In this document: piece by piece, positions 29,698 to 39,433 of the stretch
Position numbering within the stretch: the first letter of the stretch is position 1
Layout: every line of letters begins with the position of its first letter
Source: an uncultured virus (IMG/VR IMGVR_UViG_3300025099_000013)
Lineage: Duplodnaviria > Heunggongvirae > Uroviricota > Caudoviricetes
DNA length: 64,000 bases
Strand: one strand, 5' to 3'
Virus record (IMG/VR): IMGVR_UViG_3300025099_000013
Position numbers and translations under genes: made by a program
The notes under the pieces: model-generated
Told to the model about the DNA's origin: nothing
Databases searched by the model: none
What the model saw: the letters and a program-made list of their open reading frames with translations, nothing else

Positions 29698-30866
29698 TCA
29701 ACATCCTCAGTCTTATCTTCAACATCTAAGTAATGAAACTCATCCTGTATAGTCTTTGGGTCACCCTTGAAGAAGATTAAAACATTCTGATGAGTTTTAC
29801 CTAACTTTCTATTGTTAGCAAACTGCTTATGGACTCTTATAGGAAGGCTACCTGCAACTGTAATTAAAATACATTCATTGTATAAGGTAGCACCTGCTGA
29901 TTGAAATGCGTCAATAGTGTCGCTAACGAAGTTACGATAGAATCCTTTTTCATTTCTAAAGTCTCCAACAACGAACACAGCAAATCTATTAGGCTTGAGC
30001 ATATCAACAGAACGCTGAATAATATTTCTATACGAATCTAAAAACTCGTGGTGTTCCATAGTGGATAAATCCCTATCATCTTCTGAATAGACTTCAAGGT
30101 CACCATAGGGCGGGCATGAAAATACCATATCCCATTGACCACCTATCTTATCCTGTATGTCTAGTGCGTCTCCAACAACCCAATTAGGCATAGGTAAATC
30201 TGTATTACCTAGAATCTCTAATCCTTGAATCCTATTTGCTTGTACTTGGTCGGAACGTAATTCCATACCCGCATACTGATGATTACCATGTGCTGCAACA
30301 ATTCCTCTTACAGAACCACCACAGAAAGGGTCAAGAATGCTACCACCTTCGGGGCAGAACCAATTATACATTAACTCTGTTAGCACTGGGTCGAATATAG
30401 AAGTACCTGTTGCTCTATTTTGGAAAGCATCACCTTCTTTTAGGGCGGCACTTGTTGTACCATCCTCATTCTTATGAAGCCATGCACTATTTTTACCTGT
30501 GCCTCCTCCCGGAATTGCTCTAGTATCTTTCTTAGTTTCATTCCACGTTGCTTTGTCTCCAATAGCGAATGTCTTAGCATTACCTTTTGAATCTCCACCG
30601 ACCGATACTTCTTCATCTGTTAGAAGAAAGCCTTCTTTTTGTAATTGGTCGAAATCATATTCCTTTTTACCAAACATATACTTCATGTTCGACTTTGACA
30701 TAGCGATAAGTGCTTCACCCCTACCTAATTCTGAACGAATACCTTTACGAGTCCACCAACGCTTTCTGTCTTGCCAATAACCTTGACGAGCATCTAGTAT
30801 GCTGAAAGGCGGTGCGCCATATCTCTTTTTTAGTGGTGTTCTTATTATATGTCTTTCTAAACTCAT
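29688..30866 (-). CDS. Amino (N6-A/N4-C) DNA methyltransferase-like protein
   Basis: SAM-binding LDPFCGGSVRG and catalytic SCPPY; TSIFDPVL motif. Confidence 0.85.
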   Translation of the reverse strand: MSLERHIIRTPLKKRYGAPPFSILDARQGYWQDRKRWWTRKGIRSELGRGEALIAMSKSNMKYMFGKKEYDFDQLQKEGFLLTDEEVSVGGDSKGNAKTFAIGDKATWNETKKDTRAIPGGGTGKNSAWLHKNEDGTTSAALKEGDAFQNRATGTSIFDPVLTELMYNWFCPEGGSILDPFCGGSVRGIVAAHGNHQYAGMELRSDQVQANRIQGLEILGNTDLPMPNWVVGDALDIQDKIGGQWDMVFSCPPYGDLEVYSEDDRDLSTMEHHEFLDSYRNIIQRSVDMLKPNRFAVFVVGDFRNEKGFYRNFVSDTIDAFQSAGATLYNECILITVAGSLPIRVHKQFANNRKLGKTHQNVLIFFKGDPKTIQDEFHYLDVEDKTEDVEWL

Positions 30867-31060
30867 TCTTCTTCATCTCCATCATTATATTTTTTCCAAG
30901 CCTCGAATAGAGGCAATATATCTCCTGATTCAAATATAGTACCAGAGGCCATGTGGATTAAGAAAGGTTCATTATCGTAGGGTTCTGTTATTGATGATAT
31001 ATCTCTTATATCCATCCAAGTTATACCTGTTGAAGTCGATACGGATATTATTGTTTTCAT
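30863..31060 (-). CDS. Hypothetical protein
   Basis: GGAGGT RBS before ATG 31060; coupled to the methyltransferase. Confidence 0.55.
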   Translation of the reverse strand: MKTIISVSTSTGITWMDIRDISSITEPYDNEPFLIHMASGTIFESGDILPLFEAWKKYNDGDEEE

Positions 31061-31061
31061 C

Positions 31062-31562
31062 CTAAAAACCTCCTTCGTCACAGCAGTTGCCCGCACAATC
31101 GTCGCACTGCGGTTCATAACAGTGTTCACAATCCCAAGTATTATCTGCTCTAGTTTCTGAACCACAATTACAAATCATCCATGAAGAATCTAGTTCTCCG
31201 TTAAGAATTACTTTACCTTCGTGGTGGTCTACTGATATCGTAGGTTTTGACTTATGTAATATACCCATACCGGTAGGGTTTTCATGGCAACACTCGATAG
31301 GAACGATAGCCAATAAACCTGCATCAACTCCCATTTCACCACCACTAAAATACCAACAGCCATCTCCTCCCGGAGAAGGATAGACTTCTATTTTGTATGT
31401 CTCCTCTGAAAGAGTTCCTTCATTCATAGTCCAATCTAATTCTGCTTCGTAATCTTCGTTTTGCTCAGCCCAAAGTAATTCACAAAACTCATTCCATCTA
31501 TTATCTTCTATAACATAACAGGGGTCGCCTGTATAGTATTTGACTTCGTGTAATTCCATCAT
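31062..31562 (-). CDS. Conserved-type viral hypothetical protein
   Basis: GDPCY, GGDG and GVDAGLL motifs plus a C-terminal Cys cluster. Confidence 0.6.
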   Translation of the reverse strand: MMELHEVKYYTGDPCYVIEDNRWNEFCELLWAEQNEDYEAELDWTMNEGTLSEETYKIEVYPSPGGDGCWYFSGGEMGVDAGLLAIVPIECCHENPTGMGILHKSKPTISVDHHEGKVILNGELDSSWMICNCGSETRADNTWDCEHCYEPQCDDCAGNCCDEGGF

Positions 31563-31568
31563 TGGGAA

Positions 31569-32390
31569 TCACCTCTTAATAACTGCTGCTTGGAATACCC
31601 AATCACCATTGTCGAATACAAGTAATAGTCTGATACCCTGTCCTTCTGGTCGGAAGTCTATGAAGTATAGATTGACCATACCATCATAGTTAGATAGCAT
31701 TTGCTCTAATCCACCTTCAAAGGTTGTTGTAAAATCCTCTTGGAAAGGTGTATCATCATTAAGTATTGTCTCAGTCTGCCCTTTCAAATCGCTACCGGTT
31801 AGAACGAATAATGTGTCTTTGCCGTCGTGCTGAAAGGTATATTGGTTAAGTTTTTGACCGTTCATGTTATCACATCTTAAAGCCTCGTGAAGAAGGTTAG
31901 ATGAAGTCTCAACCATGTGCATAGCATTTCTTTTTGAGCCATCACGCATAATATAGCATCCCGCAGCAGGGTCAATCTGATTAGACATACTTACAGACTT
32001 CTCTTCCCACTGTGCAATTGTTTCTTGACTGTGTGGGAACGCTAGACTACCCGGCTCTGCAACTAATGTCGTTTGCTTACCGCTGCTCTTAATCTTTAAT
32101 GAACCACCTAATTGTGTTAGGGTTACATCTCCGCTATGTGCTGAAAGAACTCCTAGTGTTCTATCAATGTCGGGGATGACTATTGCATCTTCATTTTCTG
32201 ACCATGAACAGGGGATTGAAAACTTACCAAGACTCGTCTTGCCATCTCTAACTAGACTTGTGGTGTTCGCACTATCCCCGTTGGGTCTAATGACACAGCC
32301 TATAACCTGCTGTTGAGGTTTTGCATTCACAAATTGTTTTCTTGCTGTTACTTCTAATAATCTCTTGAGGTTTCCCGTCTTGACTAACAT
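31569..32390 (-). CDS. Divergent DNA sliding clamp (PCNA-like)
   Basis: ~273 aa with a two-lobed alpha/beta pattern (LKRLL...; I.D....GVL...VTL....LKIK); lies in a replisome cluster with PolB and RFC. Confidence 0.6.
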   Translation of the reverse strand: MLVKTGNLKRLLEVTARKQFVNAKPQQQVIGCVIRPNGDSANTTSLVRDGKTSLGKFSIPCSWSENEDAIVIPDIDRTLGVLSAHSGDVTLTQLGGSLKIKSSGKQTTLVAEPGSLAFPHSQETIAQWEEKSVSMSNQIDPAAGCYIMRDGSKRNAMHMVETSSNLLHEALRCDNMNGQKLNQYTFQHDGKDTLFVLTGSDLKGQTETILNDDTPFQEDFTTTFEGGLEQMLSNYDGMVNLYFIDFRPEGQGIRLLLVFDNGDWVFQAAVIKR

Positions 32391-32422
32391 ATTTGAATCC
32401 ACCTAGTTACCACTTATAAAGA

Positions 32423-32581
32423 TTATGTCCATTTTGACAGAGGTTCGTCACTTTCCTTAGCCAATCTTTCTGCTATGATTGATATTGAACTTCTTAGTTG
32501 ATACATCTCATCTTGTAGTTGTCTTATCTCTAAAAACATTCTGTCTATGTCACTAGCGACTTGATTCATTTTATCGGACAT
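32423..32581 (-). CDS. Small coiled-coil protein
   Basis: MSDKMNQVASD...; start overlaps the upstream stop. Confidence 0.5.
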   Translation of the reverse strand: MSDKMNQVASDIDRMFLEIRQLQDEMYQLRSSISIIAERLAKESDEPLSKWT

Positions 32582-33531
32582 TATATCAACCCCATGTCCG
32601 GTAGACCGTTCCATGTTACTTTGTTATCTTTAATTTTCAATACGTCATGTGAAGTACCAACAAACTCGCTGCCTGTCCCTTTCATTTCCTCTATGACAGC
32701 ACGGACAACAAACTCACCTGCTTTAAGAGTTTTATCTGCTTTGACACCTGCGGCCTCATCACCTTTTTGTGTGTATCTCGCTAAGAATATCTGCTGGCTC
32801 ATGTTTCGTTGTGTACCATCTACCCAATCCGGTTTTTCACCAACTTTCATGAGAACTTTTTTGCCTCCACCATCACCTAGATATTGTCTATGGTCTTTCA
32901 GATGGAAGGTAAAGAATACTCTATCGACCGGAAGTGCTTGAATACGGTATAGTGTATCTCGATATGTTTGATTACGCTCACGCCATTCTTTTTGGTTGAA
33001 TGAATCTCCTTCATCATCAATTACTCCTTTAGCAAGTAATGATTCACGCATACTAAACTCGCACCACTTAAGATATGTTGAGCCACCATCACAAATAACT
33101 GCGGCGACTTCACCATCTTCGCATAAGTCTCCAGCGATTGTAACGAATGCTTTGACCTTTTTTACTAAACCATGCCACGATACTGTTACTCCATCTTCTT
33201 CAAATATAGAGTCATCTGTCTCATCAAATAGTTTAAGAACAATTACGTTAGGGTCATCAGGACAAACGAATCTGACCGTTGCTTCGGCTGAATTATCGAA
33301 GTCAAATATAATGACCTTTTTACCATCCTTAATTTCCTTTGGTGTTCTCGCTAGTGATAATGCAAGACCAGTCTTAGCGGTGTTTTCTTTACCGACCAAA
33401 GCCATGCGTATAGGCGTGGATAATAACTTACGCTCAGCATTCTTGTTGAATAATTCCCTATAATGGTCAACAGTATAGGAAGGAGCGGCGGAGGCTTTCA
33501 CCCCCTTTGCCGCAGGTTGAGCCCAAGCCAT
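32581..33531 (-). CDS. RecA-fold P-loop ATPase (Sak4/AAA_24-like recombinase)
   Basis: Walker A GKENTAKT, IFDFD, Walker B VICDG; adjacent to the SSB-like gene. Confidence 0.7.
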   Translation of the reverse strand: MAWAQPAAKGVKASAAPSYTVDHYRELFNKNAERKLLSTPIRMALVGKENTAKTGLALSLARTPKEIKDGKKVIIFDFDNSAEATVRFVCPDDPNVIVLKLFDETDDSIFEEDGVTVSWHGLVKKVKAFVTIAGDLCEDGEVAAVICDGGSTYLKWCEFSMRESLLAKGVIDDEGDSFNQKEWRERNQTYRDTLYRIQALPVDRVFFTFHLKDHRQYLGDGGGKKVLMKVGEKPDWVDGTQRNMSQQIFLARYTQKGDEAAGVKADKTLKAGEFVVRAVIEEMKGTGSEFVGTSHDVLKIKDNKVTWNGLPDMGLI

Positions 33532-33533
33532 GC

Positions 33534-34790
33534 TTAATCCTCCCATGATTCAGCATCGACTGATACTGCTTCGATAGAATCGACGCACCACCAACCATGT
33601 GTTGTAAATCTCATTTCGTCATCTCTAGATTTGTATGTCTGCCCGACCACTAGAACCTGCGAACCAATCCCGAAGGTTAGTAAGTGCTCATGTGCCTTTG
33701 GTATGACTAAATCAATTCCCGGAGCAGTTGATGTAATATCTAAGTCTCCTAGTGTTACAATATATCCACCACGTTCTCTTGGGTCTATATGAACAACTTC
33801 ACCAACGCAACCGACCCATTGGTCCCACCAATCTTTATCGTCTTTGTGGTCTGTATGATATTGTTCTAGTGTTGCGAAAGAAGGTAGTAATCCGCCGTTA
33901 GGGTATAGACCGTTTAGCATATCCGGCACGATACCTGCTGGACCAGATTCTGTCATAGTCATAGGTGGTGCTGAGAATATTCCCGCCACTTCTTCATTAG
34001 GTACAAGGTCGCTTAATTCTTTAGCATAAGCAACTTTACCATCCCTACCTGGTCTCAATCCTATCGAACCGGGTAGAAAACTAGCGTACTGAGTATCAGC
34101 CATTTTACCGCTTGACCGTACACTAATAAGTGAAGGTTCATCGTTAGTACCAACCTTTCGACCTAAGAAGGATGATGTTCTTTCTTTCTCAGACATAGGG
34201 CGTGGTGCTCCATACTTGAAGTTAGCATCACCGCTTGGGAAAGTCGGTGTTGTGTTATTCCAAATTAGATAGAAAGCATCTCCGTTTGGTAATTCTTTGT
34301 GGATTCTAGGTAACTCTGTTACATCTGATTCATCTATTTCATTAGTCATAGTACCTCTAGATATAATACCACTATTAGCATAGCGAGTGTAACCCGCACC
34401 ACTAGCCTCGTAATATACTAAAGCACCATTTCTAATTTGAGCCTGTGTTAAAGCATCTTCAACATTTCCTCTTGAAGTTAATTCACGTTCTGTTTTATTG
34501 TAAGCAATTTGAGCCCAATCTTTGTAAGGTGGCACACGGATAAACATTCCCTCGAATTGTTCTAATCCACTCTTTTTTAGGCGTTCACTAATCATCTTTA
34601 ATTGACGACCAGCAACTCTAGCAGATAAGACAGTTTGTGTTGTCTCATCTTTGCCGCTAGAAGACCATGATGCTGTATTCTCAGCATGGACTTCCGCCAT
34701 TTTCAATCGCAACCTTTCTTCTCCAACCCCCAAGTTAGACGCAAGGTCTCTTATTATTTCATCTGTATTTATCGTTTTGTTATCGGACAC
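33534..34790 (-). CDS. Putative ssDNA-binding protein (RPA-like, OB folds)
   Basis: C-terminal OB pattern (GEVVHI...VTLGD...GSQVLVVG), acidic tail and replisome context. Confidence 0.55.
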   Translation of the reverse strand: MSDNKTINTDEIIRDLASNLGVGEERLRLKMAEVHAENTASWSSSGKDETTQTVLSARVAGRQLKMISERLKKSGLEQFEGMFIRVPPYKDWAQIAYNKTERELTSRGNVEDALTQAQIRNGALVYYEASGAGYTRYANSGIISRGTMTNEIDESDVTELPRIHKELPNGDAFYLIWNNTTPTFPSGDANFKYGAPRPMSEKERTSSFLGRKVGTNDEPSLISVRSSGKMADTQYASFLPGSIGLRPGRDGKVAYAKELSDLVPNEEVAGIFSAPPMTMTESGPAGIVPDMLNGLYPNGGLLPSFATLEQYHTDHKDDKDWWDQWVGCVGEVVHIDPRERGGYIVTLGDLDITSTAPGIDLVIPKAHEHLLTFGIGSQVLVVGQTYKSRDDEMRFTTHGWWCVDSIEAVSVDAESWED

Positions 34791-34849
34791 TTTTAATCAC
34801 CGTTTGTTACTACTTCACGCACCCCGTTACCCCTTATAATACTTTTGTT

Positions 34850-35752
34850 TTATTGGCTTATAAACCTGCAAAACTCCCAAATTACATATTCTTCGGGAAC
34901 ACCATTTATTAGGTCTCTTCGTGCTTGAATGGCTGCCTCAACAACTAACATCTTACTTTTGTAATCGCTCATATTAGCGTCTATTGCTTTTAGGAATACT
35001 TGATGAATAGCCTCACGTGCAGGGGCTTCACTTAATATCTTGACCGCTTCGGGAACATTACCCATCTTAAGACACATGGTCAAAACTGAACCCGCATTAA
35101 TCTCAGGCGTACTGATAGATGCTATGAATCCTTTTCGGTCTATGGGGGATAAGTAAGAGGCCGCTTGAAGCGCACCGATAGCATTTCTCATATCACCACC
35201 ATGCTTATTGATAATTACTGTTAAATCTTCCTCAGTCATTTCTACCGCTTCCATAACACAGATATGTTTCAAACGCTCCATAACTAAATCATCGGGTATT
35301 GGATTGAATGTTCTGACTTGACACCTTGACTTGAGCCAAGGAGATACTTTGTTCAAATCATTACAAGTAAGTATGAAAAATCCTTGAGCGTTTTCTATAA
35401 CTCCTTTTAGTGCGTCTTGTGCTGTCGGTGTTATTCTATCTGCCTCGTCAAGAAGGAATATAGTTTCATACTGCCCGATACGAGACATAGGTCCTATATC
35501 ATCTTCAACGAAATCTATTCCCCTTTGTTTCTTAGTCGAAGCATTGAACTCATGAAGTTGGAAAAGTAATTCATCAGCCATAACCCTCGCCATAGTTGTT
35601 TTACCACTACCCGGCTCAGGACTATGGAATAAGAAGTGTTGCATCGGTGCATCACCATTGACAATCGCTCGCATTTCAGATACTACCGAATCTTGTGATA
35701 ATACTTCATCCAACTTCTGTGGTCTATATTTTTCAGCCCAAATTACTTTCAT
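34850..35752 (-). CDS. rfcS: Clamp loader, RFC small-subunit-like
   Basis: WAEKYRP, PGSGKTT, EFNAS, LLDEAD, SRC, GDMR motifs. Confidence 0.92.
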   Translation of the reverse strand: MKVIWAEKYRPQKLDEVLSQDSVVSEMRAIVNGDAPMQHFLFHSPEPGSGKTTMARVMADELLFQLHEFNASTKKQRGIDFVEDDIGPMSRIGQYETIFLLDEADRITPTAQDALKGVIENAQGFFILTCNDLNKVSPWLKSRCQVRTFNPIPDDLVMERLKHICVMEAVEMTEEDLTVIINKHGGDMRNAIGALQAASYLSPIDRKGFIASISTPEINAGSVLTMCLKMGNVPEAVKILSEAPAREAIHQVFLKAIDANMSDYKSKMLVVEAAIQARRDLINGVPEEYVIWEFCRFISQ

Positions 35753-36315
35753 TGTTCCACCTCTTTAATTCCATCGTTAGGAAAATATTTCCATGTCTGC
35801 CACCATCTAGGTTCTGGTCGCCCACGTTCCCACTTAGCGAATGATTTACTGTGATAGTAGCGTCTGTATGCTGTGACTGCATCATCATCCCTGTATTCAT
35901 CGGGCATGGCTTGAGCGTATGGTGTAAAGCCAATGTTAGGTATCTCAGCCCAAGCATAGTCTGAGGTATCTCCATCGTCTATTAGTAATTGTGCTAGGTC
36001 ATAGATACCTTGTTCGCAAAAGTGAGTTTTACCAAAGCGAAGTGTATATTCACAGCATAATGCCTCTGCGTGTTTGTGAAGCCACCACCAATTAGATGAT
36101 GAATCGCCTGACCAGATAGTACATGGGTGATTAGGATAACCGCCTTTGAGTGGCGTTCCTTTTTTGGTCAATGGCATAGATTCTGGGTCTGCACCATGAC
36201 GTAGTAATGCACTACCTAGCATCTGATATGACTCAACAATCATTTTAGGGATATGCTTGTCGCACATCATTCTAGCGGCTTTTCTTGGGTTTTCGTCTAG
36301 GACAAAGATGTTCAT
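35749..36315 (-). CDS. Pyrimidine-dimer DNA glycosylase (DenV)-like protein
   Basis: MNIFVLD, CDKH..KM..E..QML, NHPCTIW, EY..RFGK.H, AYRRYY motifs. Confidence 0.8.
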   Translation of the reverse strand: MNIFVLDENPRKAARMMCDKHIPKMIVESYQMLGSALLRHGADPESMPLTKKGTPLKGGYPNHPCTIWSGDSSSNWWWLHKHAEALCCEYTLRFGKTHFCEQGIYDLAQLLIDDGDTSDYAWAEIPNIGFTPYAQAMPDEYRDDDAVTAYRRYYHSKSFAKWERGRPEPRWWQTWKYFPNDGIKEVEQ

Positions 36316-36343
36316 AGCACACCCTAAGCGTGTTTCTTTATAA

Positions 36344-36850
36344 TCATTTAGGACAACGGGTACATTCTAAGCAATAATCCATAGTTTCTGTGAAATATCT
36401 TTTCCTACCGCATTTGGTACATTGTTTAGCGTGTTCTGCTTCTTCTTTACTCAAAGCATTGAAGGGTAAGGTGAAAACAATATCATCATAATCCCTAATC
36501 AATTCAAAATTAACTTCATACTGTGGTACACGCCTTCTCCTACCATCACCTGTTGTTATAATTACAGACTTTTCTGAATTAACTTGAGGGTTTCGGGATA
36601 ATATAGTACCTAAAGAGATAGGGCTAGGTGTGCTTAGTAAATTAAGTCTGTTCATAAGATGTGTTGTTAATTCTTGTTTGGTCAATGCTTCATCCACTTC
36701 CCATAATATATTTATAAGTTCTCTTCTTATTCTTGCATTGTACGCCGCCATTCTTACACCTTTCGTTCTTCTTCCCATATAATATCCGGTCAATTGCCCT
36801 TTTTCTCCTTTAGAACCCCATGACTTTCTCTTCCGCCCATTATATGACAC
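36344..36850 (-). CDS. Winged-helix plus Zn-ribbon protein (candidate transcription regulator)
   Basis: LINILWE...LTKQEL helix pattern; CTKC...CLEC. Confidence 0.55.
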   Translation of the reverse strand: MSYNGRKRKSWGSKGEKGQLTGYYMGRRTKGVRMAAYNARIRRELINILWEVDEALTKQELTTHLMNRLNLLSTPSPISLGTILSRNPQVNSEKSVIITTGDGRRRRVPQYEVNFELIRDYDDIVFTLPFNALSKEEAEHAKQCTKCGRKRYFTETMDYCLECTRCPK

Positions 36851-36883
36851 TACCGTGTGGGGTGAGGTAATAGTTGATAAACT

Positions 36884-37066
36884 TTACTGTTCCAACCACA
36901 TAGCGTAGTCCATTAAATCTTCTGAGGACTCTTCATTGACGTATAGTTCGCCAGAGATTTTTGTAGGTAAAATATTAGTAAAGAGGTTTATAAATCTAAG
37001 TAATAGTATTATCAAAAAAGACCAAATAGGTGTAAGAAGTGCTAACACAATTATTTCTAAAGCCAT
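36884..37066 (-). CDS. Small membrane protein
   Basis: Long N-terminal hydrophobic segment. Confidence 0.55.
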   Translation of the reverse strand: MALEIIVLALLTPIWSFLIILLLRFINLFTNILPTKISGELYVNEESSEDLMDYAMWLEQ

Positions 37067-37722
37067 TCTATCAAGGACTCCTTAGTTTTCTTAATAGTAG
37101 ATGGTGCTTGGTCAATCGTTCTTAGTTTGTTTCTTACTTCGGGGGCATTAGCAACGATTATATCTGCATAAGCATCGGTAGACCGGAATCCGAAGGGGAT
37201 TATAGAATCATCCTTTATCTTCTTCTTAGGCCATGAGACATGACTGTGAATCGGTTCTGTTCCAAAAACTAATGCTGCTTTAGCATATGCCTCATCCATC
37301 TGATACCTTGCCTTACTAACTATACGTTGTTCTTCAATTCCCTGCGGTCTATTGACCCTATGGAATGCTTCTGCTAGTGCTAGAGGAACAGGGTTCATAG
37401 ATTTCCATGCCCTGTTTCTATCAGACCACTTCATCATAGCATTAATTGGTGAATTATAGTTATTTTTACCCTTCTTAGCGGATTTATGAATAATAATATT
37501 ATCCCCTTCACGAACACCTTTAATTCCCTTTCTAGGTATCACTACAAGCCTATATGTTACTAGATTAGCCCATTCTTTCGCCATAGATAGGGGGAATGAT
37601 TCACAATGTAAAATATAAGTAGTGTCCGGTGCAGTAGGGGGTGATGTGAGTTCACCATACATCAAAATATAGTCTCCATTCCTAAAAGAAGCATCGTCAC
37701 CTGCATAAATTATTACACCCAT
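37057..37722 (-). CDS. Hypothetical protein with PIP-like C-terminus (possible second clamp-loader subunit)
   Basis: Ends KKTKESLIEWL; lies near rfcS. Confidence 0.5.
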   Translation of the reverse strand: MGVIIYAGDDASFRNGDYILMYGELTSPPTAPDTTYILHCESFPLSMAKEWANLVTYRLVVIPRKGIKGVREGDNIIIHKSAKKGKNNYNSPINAMMKWSDRNRAWKSMNPVPLALAEAFHRVNRPQGIEEQRIVSKARYQMDEAYAKAALVFGTEPIHSHVSWPKKKIKDDSIIPFGFRSTDAYADIIVANAPEVRNKLRTIDQAPSTIKKTKESLIEWL

Positions 37723-37997
37723 TATTTCACTCTCCCTACCGGTTGTTGCGGTATTACCCTATGGCCTCCGCACTCGCCGCATGATTCTTTTCCTTCTTTA
37801 TGAGTTATAATACCACCACCATTACATACAGGGCATATTATTAAAAGTCTTGTAATACATATTCTGCATCTTAATTCTCCTGATTCGAGATGCTGAATTG
37901 TGTGCCTAGAATGCCTCCACTTACAGCATTCAATACAATAACCTTTCCAAGAAAACTCATTCTTCTTCCTGTCCTTCGTCATATACGCCATCTCCAT
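37722..37997 (-). CDS. Multi-Zn-finger protein
   Basis: CIEC, CRIC, CPVCNGGG, CGECGG. Confidence 0.6.
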   Translation of the reverse strand: MEMAYMTKDRKKNEFSWKGYCIECCKWRHSRHTIQHLESGELRCRICITRLLIICPVCNGGGIITHKEGKESCGECGGHRVIPQQPVGRVK

Positions 37998-38490
37998 AAC
38001 CTATTGATTCAAAGACATAATCGGGATATATAGTATGCTCACGGTAATTTGCTTTGTGTTCTAGAGGCATTTTATTCCACTCGTTATCAACAACGTCTGA
38101 CCACCATCTAATACCATAAGCAAGACGGGGTACTGCAACTCTAGTAATATCTAAATCGTGAAATGCGAAGAATAAATCAAACCTACCTCCTGATTCTGGT
38201 AGTGGGTGGTCTCTATCTTCCAAATCGGGCAAAGTTTCTGATGTACCAATAATAAGAGGTATATGCTTACCTCCGCAGTTATTAACTAATTCTTCTAGGA
38301 AATATTCTTTACCTTCTTCAAGAATTGCTCCGGGCATCACAGCAACCACACTATAAGCATCCCTATCTCTATTTTTCCAAGCCCTTTTATTCCATTTGAC
38401 AGGTATGCAATCTAATTCTCCGTATTTATCCATATATTCTTCCTCCAAACTATCTAGCATATATTTAGTCCATGCCTCATGTTCGTACAT
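37957..38490 (-). CDS. Hypothetical protein
   Basis: 177-aa ORF within the - strand operon. Confidence 0.6.
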   Translation of the reverse strand: MYEHEAWTKYMLDSLEEEYMDKYGELDCIPVKWNKRAWKNRDRDAYSVVAVMPGAILEEGKEYFLEELVNNCGGKHIPLIIGTSETLPDLEDRDHPLPESGGRFDLFFAFHDLDITRVAVPRLAYGIRWWSDVVDNEWNKMPLEHKANYREHTIYPDYVFESIGYGDGVYDEGQEEE

Positions 38491-38496
38491 AATAAG

Positions 38497-38838
38497 TCAG
38501 ACAGGCCAGCCCTTATAAACATAGCGTTGGAAACGTCTCCACTGATGTTCCGTCAAACCCCATACTTCACGAATAGCGGTAGTTGTGACCTTGTATTCAC
38601 CATGATACCATTGATAACCCTCATCATTAAAAACAAACCTAATACTATCCTCAATCATAAGATTCACAAGCGTTGGGAATACCTCAGTTGGTATAGGTTT
38701 CGTTGCTAAGTGTTTATTTCTCTTACGCCACTTTTCCCTACCAACCTTCGGTAACATATCAGCGATAACATCAATATCAGAATCTAGTGACTCAATATCT
38801 GCATCAAGAAACTTATACTTTGTCATTTGTAACCTCAA
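38497..38838 (-). CDS. Hypothetical protein
   Basis: In the operon; probable start is ATG 38826. Confidence 0.55.
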   Translation of the reverse strand: MRLQMTKYKFLDADIESLDSDIDVIADMLPKVGREKWRKRNKHLATKPIPTEVFPTLVNLMIEDSIRFVFNDEGYQWYHGEYKVTTTAIREVWGLTEHQWRRFQRYVYKGWPV

Positions 38839-39433
38839 TAATAGGTGCTTTCATTGTTGATACTCTTAATTCCACTTGGTCTAGTAACTTAGGGTGTTCT
38901 TTCAGTGTATCTACTAATACATACATTACTTCATCTAATTGACGTTGTGCTAATAGTAATTGATTATCTACACCAATTTCCTTTTTCAATTGCCCTGCTA
39001 ATTTGAGGTAACCACCTAATTGAGCAGTAAGTCTAGTTGCATCAGCAATAAAGTCGCTATCAATAAACTCTTCAGACCGTTGCGCTTCTAATTCATCAAT
39101 CCACGTTGTTAGTCTCTGAGCCATATTTTCTGCTAGATTAACAGTATTTATTGTATCTTGTCTCATGGCTTCTATAAGCCCTGCCTTTAGTGGGTCATAA
39201 TCTTCATGGTCTGCTAAGTGAACATTTACTGAGCCGGGTAGCCAACCATATTTCTGTTCTAAGAAAGAAGCGGTAGTTTCACCTCTATACACTTTCATTT
39301 CTAACTCAACTCTATTAGGTGCTTCGCACATAGGACAGTCGGGTGGTGTAAGAACCCATCTAAGAGCGTCAGCCCAATCTCCTTTAGGACCTAATCTCAT
39401 TAATTTTTCTTCTACTAATTTTCTTGTTTTCAT
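38813..39433 (-). CDS. Zn-finger/HTH plus coiled-coil protein
   Basis: CPMC....R..LE...KY......V..H...H; coupled to MCM. Confidence 0.6.
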   Translation of the reverse strand: MKTRKLVEEKLMRLGPKGDWADALRWVLTPPDCPMCEAPNRVELEMKVYRGETTASFLEQKYGWLPGSVNVHLADHEDYDPLKAGLIEAMRQDTINTVNLAENMAQRLTTWIDELEAQRSEEFIDSDFIADATRLTAQLGGYLKLAGQLKKEIGVDNQLLLAQRQLDEVMYVLVDTLKEHPKLLDQVELRVSTMKAPIIEVTNDKV

